Shown: positions 39,754 through 54,707, counted from the first letter of the stretch. The stretch is DNA of 64,000 nucleotides from Eledone cirrhosa (GCA_964016885.1 OZ024741.1:96348001-96412000), one strand, 5' to 3'. The notes: a model not told the origin generated them from the sequence alone. A program made the numbers and translations.

Positions 39754-40959
39754 CTAGCAGCAGTACCCAGCGTTGCCTGGGTAGGTAAAATAATATCTGC
39801 TTTGATGAAAAGGTGTTGATCTTAGCGACTGTTTCTCGATAACTCATCTATGGCCACACACAGGCCATGCGGGGGAGGGTGGTGATGAGCTCTATCACTG
39901 AGAAACGCGAGTGACTGACGAAAGGGCATACTGGGGGAGGGAGGTAATGACCTCTAACACTAAGCCAATTTCCTCACGCTACTTGATTGGAAACCGATGA
40001 ATTTTCAAATACACAACTAAAAGCTCAGACGACGTCAGTGGCCATCGTTTTGCCTTTGACCATCTATAAGATGTGCAATGATAGGTTCTATCGTAGTATA
40101 AAAGTTGAACCAAATAAATTGATTTATGTCTAAGATGGAGCCGAAGTTTCGAATTTGAACGAAATCGGTTGAAAAATGTGGGAGCTAGAAAGTTAATATC
40201 TGATTTGATGACAGGTGTTGATCTTAGCGACTGCTTCTCGATGACTCATCTATGGCCACACACAGACCATGCGGGGGAGGGTGGTGATGACCTCTATCAC
40301 TGAGAAACACGAGAGACTGACGAATGATCATGCTGGGGGAGGGAAATTCGAATTTGAACGAAATCGGTTGAAAAATGTGGGAGCTAGAGCCGATAATTTG
40401 AGCGAAAAGGTGGTATTTTTGAAGATTTAAGCGGCTGCCACGCCGTTCCTGAACAAAAAATCCAAAATGTAAAGCCACTTTAAGACGTGAAATAATCAGA
40501 TCTAGCGTAGTGTAAAATTCGAACGAAGTAGGTTGATTAATGTGGGAGCTAGAGCCGAAGTGGGGAAATTTGAGTCTAAAAGTGGTATTTTTGAATATTT
40601 AAGCGGCTGCCACGCCGTCCCTGAACAACAAATGTAAAATATAAAGGCATTAAAGGATGTGCAATGATAAATTCTATTTTGCTTTAAAATTTGAACGAAA
40701 TTGGTGGCAAAATGTGGGAGCTAGAGCCAAAAATCTTATTTTTCGATACCTAAAGAAAGGTGACCCCCCCTATCGATTTTTATCTGCAGAATGACACTGG
40801 AATAAAAAAAAACGATACGCTGATATAAAGAAAACACTCCCCGATGACTAATCTATCAGCCTGTAAATTTTCATGAAAACGGTCGTAAGATGTAGGCCCC
40901 TATAGGTAATACACAGACACACAGACATACACACATACTTAATTTTATATATATACAGA
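39754..40959 (-). mobile_element. Non-autonomous Helitron-like element
   Basis: Minus strand begins TC(TGTATATATATAAAATT) followed by a TGTC/TG microsatellite, and ends with hairpin CCCAGGCAACGCTGGG plus CTAG, inserted between A and T. Internal repeats of AATTTGAACGAAATCGGTTGAAAAATGTGGGAGCTAGA occur about four times, and 39811-39910 is duplicated at 40213-40310. Confidence 0.7.
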
Positions 40960-41116
40960 TATGTAATATATGGAGACTAGGAAGGCTGGGTGGGAAGAAA
41001 AATTAATCGAAGTGGCGGAGTCGAGGTAGGTGAAAATGATTTGTGCGGGACAGTGAGATATATATATATATGTACATATATATGTGTGTGTGTATATATA
41101 TATATATAGATAGATA

Positions 41117-41492
41117 TATTTCTTTATTAGCCACAGGGGCACAAAAGAAGGGGACAAATACAAAGGGGGAAGTTTACATACAATAAAAACGTGTAAAATG
41201 TTATCACAGATGGAATTTAAAAGTTAGTCGATTTTCCCCAATAGAGGGAGACAGTTTATATGGGTAACACATACCCCCGAAAAAATGTGCAACCCTCATC
41301 TCCAGGAGTACGAAGAGCTTGTACTCCTTTCCTCTCCTCCTCCTTTTCCTCAATCTACAGGCTGATATAGAGAGAAGGCCCATTCACTCGGGCCATTCTC
41401 GCCACTTTCACCCACCTTTCATAAAACTTGCTGCGGTACAGCACCTCTCTCTCCATCCTGATTCTTCTTCCAAAGTGGTATTTGAAAAAAAG
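41117..41492 (-). mobile_element. 5'-truncated Tx1/L1 LINE 3' end with 82-bp flanking direct repeat
   Basis: Homologous to 56600-56940 (FFKYHFGRRIRMEREVLY...). Flanks 41035-41116 and 41493-41574 are identical. Confidence 0.85.
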
Positions 41493-41567
41493 AATGATTT
41501 GTGCGGGACAGTGAGATATATATATATATGTACATATATATGTGTGTGTGTATATATATATATATAG

Positions 41568-41601
<34 letters not shown>

Positions 41602-43146
41602 TGTGTGTGTGAGTGTGTGTATGCTCGCGCGCGCGCGCCTTCGTGTGCGTGTATGTGTGTGCGAGTACTAAAGGATTTTCATTACAGCACAATACCTCTC
41701 ACCAGAAACTTTTATAATATATAATACAACATGCACAAGGTACTTCAGAATATGGCAAGACTGTGAATAAAGAAATCAATTCCGTTGTTTCTGGTTTCAC
41801 AATATGTCGTTAAAAAATAATATATATGCAGGCATGAAAGCGATGAATCTTTTACTCATTAGCAAGGATGCGAACATTAAAATATACTAACAGAAAATTT
41901 GCGTTTGACACGTACACCACAAAAGGCCTTAATGAATGACAAAGCGACCTTATTCTTGGACATGCCAATTAATAGAGACTAGTAGATTCAGACAAATCGA
42001 CCATGGAAATAAACATAAACCTTATTGGTGTTTCAGTTAGACAATATATCTATATACGAAATAATTAAAAAAAACAACTAGAGGTATGAAAATATCTGGA
42101 AATTAAGATAAAAATGAATGGTTGGAAAGCAAAAGCAAGCATCTTAATAATACGTGACATGAAAAGGATTCTTTATAAATGTAAACAAATGCATAGCTAA
42201 ACACTTAAGAACTCATATATTCACAACACAGAAAAACTACCACCACAATACACTGTATACATATTACGTAGTATTATGTGTACTAAAAAAAAACACAATG
42301 CGGGTGACCTCACGTACACTAGGCGCACAGAAGTATAACAAATGAATATTACTGAAGAAATAATACAAACATATTTTGATCATTGTAATTTTACAGGTTA
42401 TCAGCGACTAAACCGGCAACCCCCACCAAGTTTACTTGATGAGGAGGGTGATTTTAGACACCCTGCAGGGCAAAAAACAAAACCCGACAAAGGGCGGAAG
42501 ACCTCGTAAGACTCAACGGCCACCTAAAAAAAAGAGAAAGAAAAAAGAAATCCTGCCAAATCAATGGGTGGCAGTAGTTCCAGCTGCACGCATCGAAAGA
42601 CAGGTGTAGTGGTTCTCAGAACAATACGGCTTTATAGATAATCAATGCAAATTGACAATGGAAAGGCGCTCTCGCTCGAGTTAGAAGACCTTCAGGAAAA
42701 GCAGCGATCCCCTGATTGTATTCAGTAACCGAAACAAATATGAAGTACACCAAATCTAATTGGGGCGGCCCTGGTTCTTCTTATATGCGAGTGTAAACTC
42801 GGCCAGATTAGATTAGATGTATTTTTAAATGGTACTAAAGAAATGATACCTTACAGCATTTGTGAAGCGAGTAGCGGATAACGTGTAAGGATTAAAATAA
42901 GTACATTCCAGAAAACATCACAACTATGTTATGAAAATCTAATTTCACAACTATGTTATGAAAATATTTTCACACGGTATTTATTAACTTTAAACATTTA
43001 CAGGCATGTTATCCAAAATGTAATTCTAGATTTAAGAAAGGAAATTATAGATGTTTATCTCAAATCACAAGATAATAATTATACATGTGTGTGAGTGTGC
43101 ATGTGTGTGTGTGCGCATGTGTGTGTATGTGCGTGCGCGTGTGTAG

Positions 43147-43189
<43 letters not shown>

Positions 43190-43190
<1 letters not shown>

Positions 43191-43385
43191 GTAGGTCCCG
43201 GGTTGAGTCGGGGATAACCACAGTAAGTAAGGTACTCAATACATGGCAGAGTAAACATTTTTTATTTTAAAGAAGGAGCTTCTACAGGACTAGTACTGTT
43301 TCATTCAGATGAAATCTTCTGAAGATTTCATCTGAATGAAACAGTACTAGTCCTGTAGAAGCTCCTCCTATAAAATAAAATTAAA
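43190..43385. mobile_element. Fold-back PLE pLTR fragment centred on a hammerhead core
   Basis: Perfect ~45-bp arms around T43320. The right arm reads CTGAAGA-tTTCatctGAAt-GAAAC-AGTACTA-GTC-CTGTAG. The left arm has a ~70-nt extension to (TA)n. Confidence 0.7.
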
Positions 43386-43664
43386 AAAAAAAAAATATAT
43401 ATATATATATACGAGTAGGTGATTCGTTCCTTTTTTCTTGAATTGTTCACTAAAATTATGAAATGTTCTCCACATAGTGTTAAGATAACCTTTGAGGTTT
43501 GCATTCTACTTTTGATTTCCAGAAACAGATTTGTCTATGAAGGTATAAGCCATCTAACACCTAAAAATCTGTATTTAAATTTACATATTATTTGCTGTGT
43601 ATATATGTACAGAACACTAGATCTTTTTCAAATGATATATACTGTTATATATCGTTTATGCTAG

Positions 43665-44275
<611 letters not shown>

Positions 44276-44927
44276 TTATGTATAAATTCATACATATTCA
44301 AATGAATCATTTTAAATATTTATAACACTCGCCAAGTACACAGGCCACAGGCACATGGACGATATGGATATTCGGTGTGATTGTATTATTATAATTATAA
44401 ACGATTCGTTTGAACATATATCGCCTATCTACATAGGATAACATTCATTATTAAATCTAATAGAAAAGAAAAAAACGCCCTAACGATTATATTGTGATCA
44501 TTTTCAGTCTATATTTCAATTCACTAAGTGTATCTGATAATGATGTGGGCCTGATTGAACTCTTATAGACGCCCGCCATCATGCGTTCTTGTCGATAAAT
44601 CATAGAACAGGCTTTAAAGTTGTCATGCATCTGTAATTGCTGAAACTACCTTTGCTAATATGTCCTTGTTCCACATGATTCCAGATAGTTTTGTTCTTTA
44701 TGGATAATCAGTTCGATGCTGACGTATTAATCGACTAGTAATTGGCGTTCAACACAACTCTAACATCAGGTGAAACTAGTCAACGAGCAGGTTTCTACTG
44801 CTAGAAGAGCAGTCAAACATCACTATAATTCCTCCATATTAGTTTAGGTAATAAAGTAGACATTGGATATTGTAAGCCCTGATACACAAAAAGAAGTGAT
44901 TGATACCAAACTGCAATAGTACAAATA

Positions 44928-45108
44928 ATTGTTTCTACTTTTGGCACAAGGCCAGCAATTATCCCAGCGCATTACTGGTACTTTATTTTATCGACCCCGT
45001 AAGGCTGAAAGGCAAAGTTAACCTCGGTGGGATTTGAACTCAGAATGGCAAGGGCCATAACTCTATGCGTCAAAGCATGATGTCCGACCCTCTACCGACA
45101 ACTGCCAA
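44928..45108 (-). mobile_element. SINE copy
   Basis: Diagnostic motifs. Confidence 0.85.
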
Positions 45109-45330
45109 TAATGAAAACCAACTACAACCATCCATACAATATACAACACCATATCATATCTGCTGCGGTGCTGTTTATAATATACCTGGCTTTCATTAGT
45201 TTTACTATTTCAGTTGTTTAGTTAAGCTTGGTCAAATCTACTCTATCATACATTGTCTCTATTTTCTAAAATGTCATTCATCTAAAATAAGAATTATGAG
45301 TAGCTGACATCCGGATATATATATATATAT

Positions 45331-45520
45331 ATGATTAGGGAACAAAGAATAGTGTCGCACCATATACATATTTAATCACATATTACATATGTAATATGGG
45401 ATTAAATACGTATATGATGCGACACTGATTCTTTGTTCCCTAATTATTATTATCGATAGCATCAAATGCTCATTTTGGCATACCGCCTGTGAATGCAATC
45501 CAATTGCACTCTTACTACTT
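45331..45520. mobile_element. Imperfect palindrome (~58-bp arms) plus ~70-nt tail between TA-rich microsatellites
   Basis: ATGATTAGGGAACAAAGAATAGTGTCGCA...CATATG...TGCGACACTGATTCTTTGTTCCCTAATTAT. Confidence 0.65.
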
Positions 45521-45558
45521 ATATATACATACATACATATATACACACATACATACAT

Positions 45559-45618
<60 letters not shown>

Positions 45619-45684
45619 CGTTTTCGAAATTGTTTTGTTGTTTTGTGAGACTTCTTATCTGAAAACGTGTGTTGAAACAGATAT

Positions 45685-46195
45685 TGTTATATTTTGGGTG
45701 GATCAGGCAACCCGTAGAATCACATGCACCTTATGGATTCACTTCAATTTATTATAAATTTCTGGTGTGTTGGCTGGTTAGAACCGAACTCCAACCAAAA
45801 TTAAAGAGAAAACATGAGTGGAATAGCGACATCACAAATACAGACACACACAAACACCAAACTAACAAAACAAATCAGACAACTAGTGACAAGTAAATAA
45901 TCACATAAATAAACACACACACTCCCGGATGTAACGCATGCGCAAACTAAGCGCACAACAAACAACACACAAAAACAAGATGATGTAAGACAGAACGAAG
46001 GTGAGACATACAATAAAAACCTAGTCACTGAGGAGGTCACATAATGCGTAACAAAAGAGATTTGAAAATATATAAATAACCTTCCGGTTATCGAACCAAC
46101 CAACCAACCGGAAATTTATAAAAAATTGAAGTGAAAACCAACAGATGCGTGTGTTTTTATTGGCAGCATGACCGTCCCAATGGATAGACAATTGT
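45685..46195. mobile_element. Degenerate inverted pLTR pair of the 15937-16130 family, with decayed hammerhead at 46023-46065
   Basis: AGTCACTGAGGAGGTCACATAATGCGTAACAAAAG...; 45685-45790 is a diverged inverse of 46080-46190. Confidence 0.55.
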
Positions 46196-46787
46196 ACAAT
46201 TGTAAAGAGAAGCTATATATAAAAATGTATCTGTTACTAAACAAAGAAGGAAATTCTACAGAGTATACAAATACCAATCAAATTCTTCCACAAACTATAC
46301 CACTGGAGTTTTAAAGAGGAGAAATATGAAACGTAATCCGGATTATGCTTTGTCTGGAAATAATTAAAACGGGGTGATGGTCATATGTGGAATACCTATC
46401 ATCATACTTCTGATAGGGCTGCTCTGTAGATTAACAAAAACAATAACTACAAAAATATATTGGTAATATAATGGTACAAGAAAAATAACTATTTCATTTA
46501 CGGATTCAGATTCTCTAATACAATAAACTGACTTGCTATTAAAGGATATTATTATTGTGTTTCAACAGCGCGAAATAAATATGTGAAAGTTAGTATTATT
46601 GTTTTTAAATTGAACGAAATATATGGGTGAAAGTTCTTTAGTCTTTCGTTACAAAGGAAAGATAGTGATATAAGGAAATTTCAACGTACAACACCATTTA
46701 TTATCTGAGACAACATGAAATAAAAAGACTTTTAACGGTGTAAATAAAATATTTACAGCAGTTCAGAGAAAATAGATATTGCTAATA

Positions 46788-46967
46788 ATTGTTTCTACTT
46801 TAGGCACAAGGCCAGCAATTACCCAGTGCATTACTGGTACTTTATTTTATCGACCCCGTAAGGATGAAAGGCAAAGTCAACCTCGGCGGGATTTGAACTC
46901 AGATCGTAAAGGGACGTAACTATGCTGGAAGCATGGCGTCCGACCCTCTCCCGATACTGCCAATCCC
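46788..46967 (-). mobile_element. SINE copy (near consensus)
   Basis: Diagnostic motifs. Confidence 0.85.
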
Positions 46968-47146
46968 CCACAAATAATGCCCCCTAATCTATTTTCCCAA
47001 ATATTTCCCATGATAGATCTCGGCTGTTCAATTATTACCAATCATTTCTCTCTCTTTCTCTGCCCCTCACTCCCCGCGCCCTCTCTCGCTATTTATATAT
47101 ATATATTAACTCTCTCTCTCTCTCACACACTCTCTCTCTCACTTAC

Positions 47147-47177
<31 letters not shown>

Positions 47178-47809
47178 CTCTCTCTATATATATAGGGATA
47201 TATATATATATGTGGATATGTATATGGATATATATATGGATACCTAGATATATGCAGGTGTAGAAATATTTATATTATATTATTTCAACAACACATAATA
47301 GTTGATGGGTGAACTATTTTATATTTTGTATTTCAAAAAGAATTTTATTTAACCGCCAAGGAAACTTTAAATCATTACTGTTTCGAGATAAGCCTTAACG
47401 ATTATTGGCAAACTACAGACAGCTAGAGGTCAATGTATTAGTTTTTTAATATTAATTGCTTCTGTGTATGTCTGTCTATATGTTGCTGTTGTTTTATTAA
47501 AGTAAGTTATATATCCGTTAGCTTATTTTCATTCAGTATATGAAATAATATATAAGTCTAGTATGGCATGATAACGATTATGATATCTGTCAAAATAATG
47601 ATGTTTTTTAGTTAGTCGTACTATAGAATATAAATTGATTTTTCACTCTTTTAGCTTATTGAAACTGCTTAGATGGAATCATTGTTTTGATTTAATGCAA
47701 AATATATACATAAATACGTATACACACACACTCAAACACAAACAGTTTACATACACATTCACACACGCATTGACACGAAAACACACGTACATATGTGTGT
47801 TTATATATG

Positions 47810-47872
<63 letters not shown>

Positions 47873-47886
47873 TCATACACTGTATA

Positions 47887-47976
<90 letters not shown>

Positions 47977-48058
47977 GTTGAAAAATGAACAAACAAAACA
48001 CAGAAGGCAATTTATATTAGGTTCACGCTTGGCGGAAGTGGAGGAGGTTTCGATGTTT

Positions 48059-48820
48059 CGGAGGGAGTGCTGAAAGTCCTGGCTTTAAGGGTATTGCTAA
48101 AAAGGTAGAGCTGTTGCCTTTACGGGGGTCGTAGGAAAATTATTTTGGAGAAGATATGCAAAAAATCATGTTGGTATACAACATATCTTTCTCTCTTTTG
48201 CAGATTTAACGCATGATGACAACTGCTATAATGGATTTTGGTAAAATTGGAACACGGGTGGTCATGAAGTTTCTCTTCTTGCAAAGTAAAGGAGCGGTGG
48301 AAATCCATGGTGGGGTGCAGAAAGTCGTGAAAGATGGCTATCCATCTTACTCCACTGTGATAATATGGTGTCAGTGTTTCGGCCTTGAAATTCGAGGTTA
48401 CAGATGAACCCCAACTTCCGCGACCACAGAGGACAAAGCCGACGCTGTGCACGTCAGAGAATTCTCGAAGACCATCAGATTTCAGCTAAACTCATAACTG
48501 AGACTCTGTCTGGCGATTTCCCACGAAAGAGTTGGCCACATCATCCACTACATACTAGACATAAGAAAGCTTTCTGAAAAATGGATGCGGATCAGAAGCG
48601 TATCAGAGTTACTACGTCAATGGCAATTTGGACTGGTTTGCAGAGGGTGAGGCTGATTTTAAGGGTCGTTTAATCACCGTGGATGAAACGTGGCTTCATC
48701 ATTATAATCCCCAGACTAAAGGGTTGCAACATCAATGCAGAATACTACATATTCCTGGTGGACAAACTACGTGAAACTGAAGCATAAATGTAGTGGAAAG
48801 CCGAGTCGTGGTGGCCTGGT
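48059..48820 (+). mobile_element. Degraded mariner transposon
   Basis: TIR-like GAGGGAGTGCTGAAAGTCCTGGC, N-terminus MDFGKIGTRVVMKFLFLQSKGAVEIHG, catalytic RLITVDETWLHHYNPQTK at ~48667-48720. Confidence 0.75.
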
Positions 48821-48873
48821 TTATATATATATATATAATACTAATAAAATGTGGAGAAAGAGCACATGAGTTG

Positions 48874-48924
<51 letters not shown>

Positions 48925-48929
<5 letters not shown>

Positions 48930-50428
48930 ATAGGGAGAAAAAGACGATTATTAGGAAGAAAACTATATATTTTCCCTTTTATTTATTTCTCTTTTTTTCT
49001 TGGTTAGAAAATGTTTAAAACAAAATATTTTACTTTGTTTGAAGTATTAAGGTATTAGTTAATTTATCTATTAATTAACAATGGCATTTATTTATTTAAT
49101 AATTTATATATTTAATAATTGTCTATTACCGGTTTTAGCATTTTATGCATTAGCAAAGGGAGGAATTTGTATTGGTGTAAAATGTTGGTGATGTTGAAAA
49201 GGCGAAGAAAGAATAATGTTATTTACAATCAAGGTTTTTGAAGTGAAAAGAAAAAAGAAAAAAAGGGGGTAATGTGGAACATGAAAAGGTAATGGGAGAG
49301 AAAAAATAATATTATTTACAGGCATAGTTCTTGAAGATAAGCAGTTCAAAATGTGTTATTATGGCAAGAGTGCTTAGTTGATCAATGATGGAGGCAAATG
49401 GTAGTCTGAAGTTTGATATGATTTCCCTTTTTAGAGAGTTAATATGCAGGGGAGGTAATTTAGGGTGGTCAGGTAGGGGAGAGAGAAATGATAGTGGGTA
49501 ATTCATTTATATAAGAAAAAGGATTAGGTAGGGTGTTAGGGAGCTAACTCATTAGAGAACATTGGAATTTGGTTTTGGTTCATTGTTCGTTCCAGTTTTA
49601 GTTTAGTCCGAAGTTTAGTCCATTAAGATGAGGTTGGAATTTGTTAATGAAGTACGTTTCCTTATTGGTACGATGGATGAAATAAGCATTGTCTATGAAT
49701 TTGTAAATGGGGAAAATTTTAAAGTTTGGATGCTGGTTAGGTGTACAATTGACTATATGTTCACTAAAAGCTATATTTCTGTATTCCTGTATTTTGATTT
49801 GTGATCTATGGACGGTCATACGTTGTCGGAGGCTGTTTTTTGTCTATCCTATGTAGTGCTCTTGACAACCTGAGCAGGTCAAAACATAGATTAGGTTTTC
49901 AGATGCACATGTAAAGTTGTGTTTAACTGTGAAATGTTTTCCGTGTTTAAAATGGAATGTTGAACCTTCTATTAGATTTATGCATATGCTACAGTTTGGC
50001 CTTCTGCATTTTTTTTTACTGTAGGGTTCATTGTGATGGTTGGTTGGATTTTGGCTTGTGTGAGGATGTTTTTTATGGATTTAGGTTGTCTTTTGCTCTT
50101 TATGATGTTGGGTCTTTGGAGAATTTTGTTCATTCTTGGGTCTCTTTTTAGTAAAGGAATGTTCTGGAGGATGGTGTCGAATGCCTTGAGGGGGTTGTGT
50201 GTTCTGTTGCGGTTCATTCCTGGGTTTGGGGTCTCTGAGTTCCTGGATGTTGAGTTTTAGGGCACGTTGGAATCCATTGTTGATTAGGGATGGTGGGTAG
50301 TTTCTGCTGATAAGTGTGTTCTTTAATTCTTCTAGTCGTGTGTAGCATGTGTATTTATCTGAAACTATTGTGCAGATCCTTCTGCCGAGGTTATAAGGAA
50401 TTGCCATTTTGGTATGGCGAGGATGGCA

Positions 50429-50430
<2 letters not shown>
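48925..50430 (-). mobile_element. 5'-truncated Penelope-like element (Neptune-like linker), RT thumb plus GIY-YIG, disrupted
   Basis: CHPRHTKMAIPYNLGRRICTIVSD...RNYP; KCRRPNCSIC (CxxxxCxxC); FTCASENLIYVLTCSGCQEHYIG*TKNSLRQRMTVH. Frameshifts and one TAG. (TA)n on both sides. Confidence 0.85.
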
Positions 50431-50473
<43 letters not shown>

Positions 50474-50692
50474 TTAGAGCAAACATCACGGACCCTCTAT
50501 CTCAAAATTATTTTTGAAAAGCATTAGAAAAGCGCAACCGGTAAAACTTAAAACCAAAACTGAATACTAACCAATACTATTACTAATTCTCACTTATTCC
50601 TAATTAAACTATTTTTCACTGTGAACAATTTGTCAGCATTTTCTTTTCGTTTACCAATGTATCATAACTTGTGTGTTACACCTCTATTCTTT

Positions 50693-50824
<132 letters not shown>

Positions 50825-50943
50825 TGTATAAATATAAGGGTTGTGCATATCGTCAATCTATTTCTCGCTTTATTTGATATATAATGCGGAATCCATTTGT
50901 TGTCTGTATGTAGGATTGAAACACGCATCTCTCTCTCTCCCTC

Positions 50944-50986
<43 letters not shown>

Positions 50987-51289
50987 TAAATACTAGGAAT
51001 TTGGAAATATTCGTCTACGTTGTTCGTTACTGACATTTCTAGGTCAACGGGTCACAGGCCAACTCCTGTCTGTTGAAATATACCTTGGAACCAGTGACGT
51101 CGCAACTCCTTTCTACATCTGAGTGAACTGGAACAACGGGAAAGAAAGCGTCTTGCTCAAGAACACAACGCATCACCTGTTCCGATAATCGAACTTACAA
51201 CCTCTCAATTGTAAGCTCTAACCACTAAGTCACGGCCCTTCAATGTTTATTAGATATACTATTATAATTATGCCAATAATCGTAATAAT

Positions 51290-51432
51290 AATTGTTTCTA
51301 CTTTGGGCGGAATACCAGCAATTTTTTTGGGGGATGGAAGTCGATTAAATCGACCCCAGTGCTTTAATGGTACTTTATTTTCTCGACCCCAAGAAGGATG
51401 AAAAGCAAAGTCCACCTCGACAGGACTTGAAC
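51290..51432 (-). mobile_element. Older SINE copy
   Basis: Diagnostic motifs, diverged. Confidence 0.65.
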
Positions 51433-52381
51433 GTTTATTTACATCAACTTGAAATGAAATTTTCTTATATTATCTACGTTAAATTTCTGTGATCAACCAC
51501 TTCTAATACAATGAAAGAATTTCCACTATTTACCATTTTAGAAATTTATTACTATGGTTTTTTTATTATTTATTTCTACAGTTTATGTCAATCCTTAAAA
51601 GCTATTTCTTTCATTTCCCCAATTTAATTTTGACATCAATTTATATTTGAGAGTCTAGTTCAACTTATATATCTTCATATATTTTATATTATTATTCATA
51701 CGTTTTATTGACAAAATCGTCCCTCTATTGTGTTTACCTTATTATATTTCATTTCATATTATTTTATTTTTATTGCTATTGTGCTATAGAGAAAGTGATT
51801 AACTCAATTAACCTGATAATACACTCTTTATAGATTCCAAACACTTTAACTAATGTTTGTGATCTATATAAACCTTTAACCCATCATTGTAAATCAAACA
51901 TATGAACCATGTATTCCTGAAGGACTGTCTATCAGTCATCATCTTTTTGACCGCACCTACATCATTCTACCGAACAACTACTACAATATATAAGCGGTTA
52001 AATTAAAATTCAAAGAGAAAATGTTACGATTATCTTATGACTACTTATTTATGTCTGACGAAATGACTTCCATAAGTCTAGAATAAAGTAATTAAAATAT
52101 GGAAGGTACAAAAATAAACATCACGTAGTACTATATGGAAACATAATCTTTGTCGCAAGTCATGTGTTGTCGTAGCCTAAAATAATCCACACAATTATGA
52201 ATAATTAAAATCAACGTTGAGTGCTATATTTCGCTCACACAGAGATTAATTATTTCCTATGGTATAGAAAACTCCTTCCTGGATTAACACTTTAAAAGAA
52301 GGAATATATATATATAAGTAAATGTGTTAGGAAAAACATATTATTTAATTATATATTTTTACACGTGTCTCATTAATGAAT

Positions 52382-52459
<78 letters not shown>

Positions 52460-52464
52460 TATAT

Positions 52465-54211
52465 GAAAAAGTATGACTCCGACGGCAGAGCTCAAGCCGT
52501 TTCGACAGCTATTTCTGGACTGAATTAGAATTTTTAGCCTGGTGAATAAATAACCGAATTTGTCAAGGGGATACTTCCTTATATGGGAATATTGTAGTTG
52601 TCAAGAGGATTGGTTAAAATTTGTTATAAACACAAATAAGTCTATCATGGCATTTGGTGGGAGGTAGGGGTGGCTGAACTTGCCTGTAGAACAATAGGGG
52701 AGTGAGTGGAGCGGTCAAGTGATATGTATACTGCAGATTCTAAGGATAGTGTATGAAGTGGAGGAGGGAGGTAATAGAATAGGTAAATCGAATGAGAGTA
52801 GGAGACAATAAAAAATAATAGAAATAAATAAAAAAATATATAAAATTAGATAGTGAGAAATGAATAAAAAATCACAATGCTATCTTACAAATACAGGTTA
52901 ATAAGTTGAGAATAGAAAAAACTTGTAGAAATTGAGTAGTAACAAAACTGATACAAAATTAAAGGGGTTTAACACATCTGCTATAAGTAGTTAGTAAAAC
53001 GTTTTCGGCCAAATCTATCTTAAAATTACAGGGGTGGGGGAACTGATGCTGCAGAGGCCCGATGGGCTGCATCGGGGTAGGCGAAAGGGAAAAGCAGACG
53101 AGGAAGAAAATAGGGGTTGGAAGGAAGTGATAGGATGAGACAGGGGGAAGAAGAAGACAAAGAGGAAAAGAAAAGAGATACATCTACCTATGTAAGCTGA
53201 GGTTTCCCCAAACTTATTCGGCAAGTGGGAGGGGTGGGCGTGGGGGTATCAGCCCTTGTCTAACCACCCGGGTCGTTATGGGATTTGAGGGCGAGGTATG
53301 TCCTACGTAATCTGTGTTTGCATGCGGTTACCAGTTCGTCTTTTTTGTTTAGGAGTTGGTCCTTCGAAAACAGCATTTGTAATGTTTCCTCCGAGCATAA
53401 GGTACACAGACGGCGTCCTCCCGTGTAAGAGTTAGCTCTGGACAGTAAGCTCCAAGTGATATTGTAGGTTATATTATTATCTTGGAGGTCCCAGATGTGG
53501 CCCGAGAGTGTAGTGGCATTGCGCCGGACCGGGTTTCGGAAAGTATGTCGGTGTTGGTAGAGACGGGTCTTGAAGTCACACGCGGTTAATCCTATATAAG
53601 CTTTGTTGGAGGTGTCCGTCCTCACGTTGCACTGGTAGATCACGTTACGTTCTCAGCATTTGTTGTTGAGGGGGCACGTAGATCTATCAGGGCAGTTACA
53701 CCTCCTTGTCGGCTCTCCACTGATGTCTAGGTTATTTCTTCGATAGGGGTTGAGTTTTTTGTTGTTTGAGGAGACGATGTTTTGTGCGACGTTAGGTGTA
53801 GTGCTGTAGGAGAGTTTGATGGTGTTTTTGTTGATTATGTTGTGGTAGCGGTGTTGTAGTGGGAAGTGTTTTTCGAGGAGTCTAAAGAAGATTTTCCCGA
53901 TAGGTGTTGCCACCTCGGCATTATTGGGAGGATTGAACCACGTTACGTTGCGTGAGCGGCGGTGTCGCCTGCTGGTTCCGCTATGGGAAGCTGGGAAAAG
54001 GATATCTCCTCCCGGAAGCCACTCCGCCTGAGGGCCTGGTTGTAATGAGGCTCGTGTTCGTCGAATATCTGCTCATTAGCGGACAAGCGAGATATGCGGA
54101 GGGAGATGTGCCGTCGGGGTCATACCTTTTCCTATTTCCCACTCTACTACACTAAGTATTGAGTACTCTGGTGCGTTATGGTTTATCTGGTTCCTTCCCA
54201 AAATTCCTTTG

Positions 54212-54213
<2 letters not shown>
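52465..54213 (-). mobile_element. 5'-truncated Penelope-like element with GIY-YIG ORF remnant, 3' pLTR with variant hammerhead (copy D, 52476-52571) and inverted pLTR tail (54109-54213)
   Basis: [15 protein letters not shown]...WFNPP...CNCPDRSTCPLNNKC*ERNVIYQCNV...KAYIGLT..FKTRLYQH...CTLCSEE...NKKDEL...CKH. (TA)n on both sides. Confidence 0.9.
53260..54108 (-). pseudogene. PLE polyprotein C-terminus (RT thumb, Cys linker, GIY-YIG endonuclease); one frameshift (~53980) and one in-frame TGA (53653-53655)
   Basis: ORFs 53653..53913 and 53260..53643 are in the same frame, with VIY/YIG, catalytic R and CxxC-E motifs. Confidence 0.85.
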
Positions 54214-54307
<94 letters not shown>

Positions 54308-54419
54308 ATATCCATATATATACGTGTGTATATATATATATATATGTACGTGTATATATATACGTATGTATACACGTATGTATATATAGGTATGTATATA
54401 TACGTATATATATATACGT

Positions 54420-54483
<64 letters not shown>

Positions 54484-54707
54484 ATATATATATATATGTA
54501 TATGTGTATGAATTTTTTTCACGAGTCAGTCCTTTCGTAGCTATGGACCCCGGCCAAATTACCGGTCGCTGTCTTCATTATGCAAAGCCCTTTAAACTGT
54601 ATGTTATTACTCTGAGGTCGTATACCTTGTCGAGTGCTTGGCTGCACTGCTGAAAGCATTCGTTGGGTTGGCTGAGGCTCTGGCTTCGAATATGCTGTAC
54701 TTCCATT

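Noticed and set aside
53653-53655. In-frame TGA next to the Cys-rich linker of the GIY-YIG ORF as possible selenocysteine (some PLEs encode selenoproteins)
   Set aside because: All four linker Cys are present and the TGA is at the variable position after the last one. CGA->TGA decay is simpler, the copy also has a frameshift, and I identified no SECIS.
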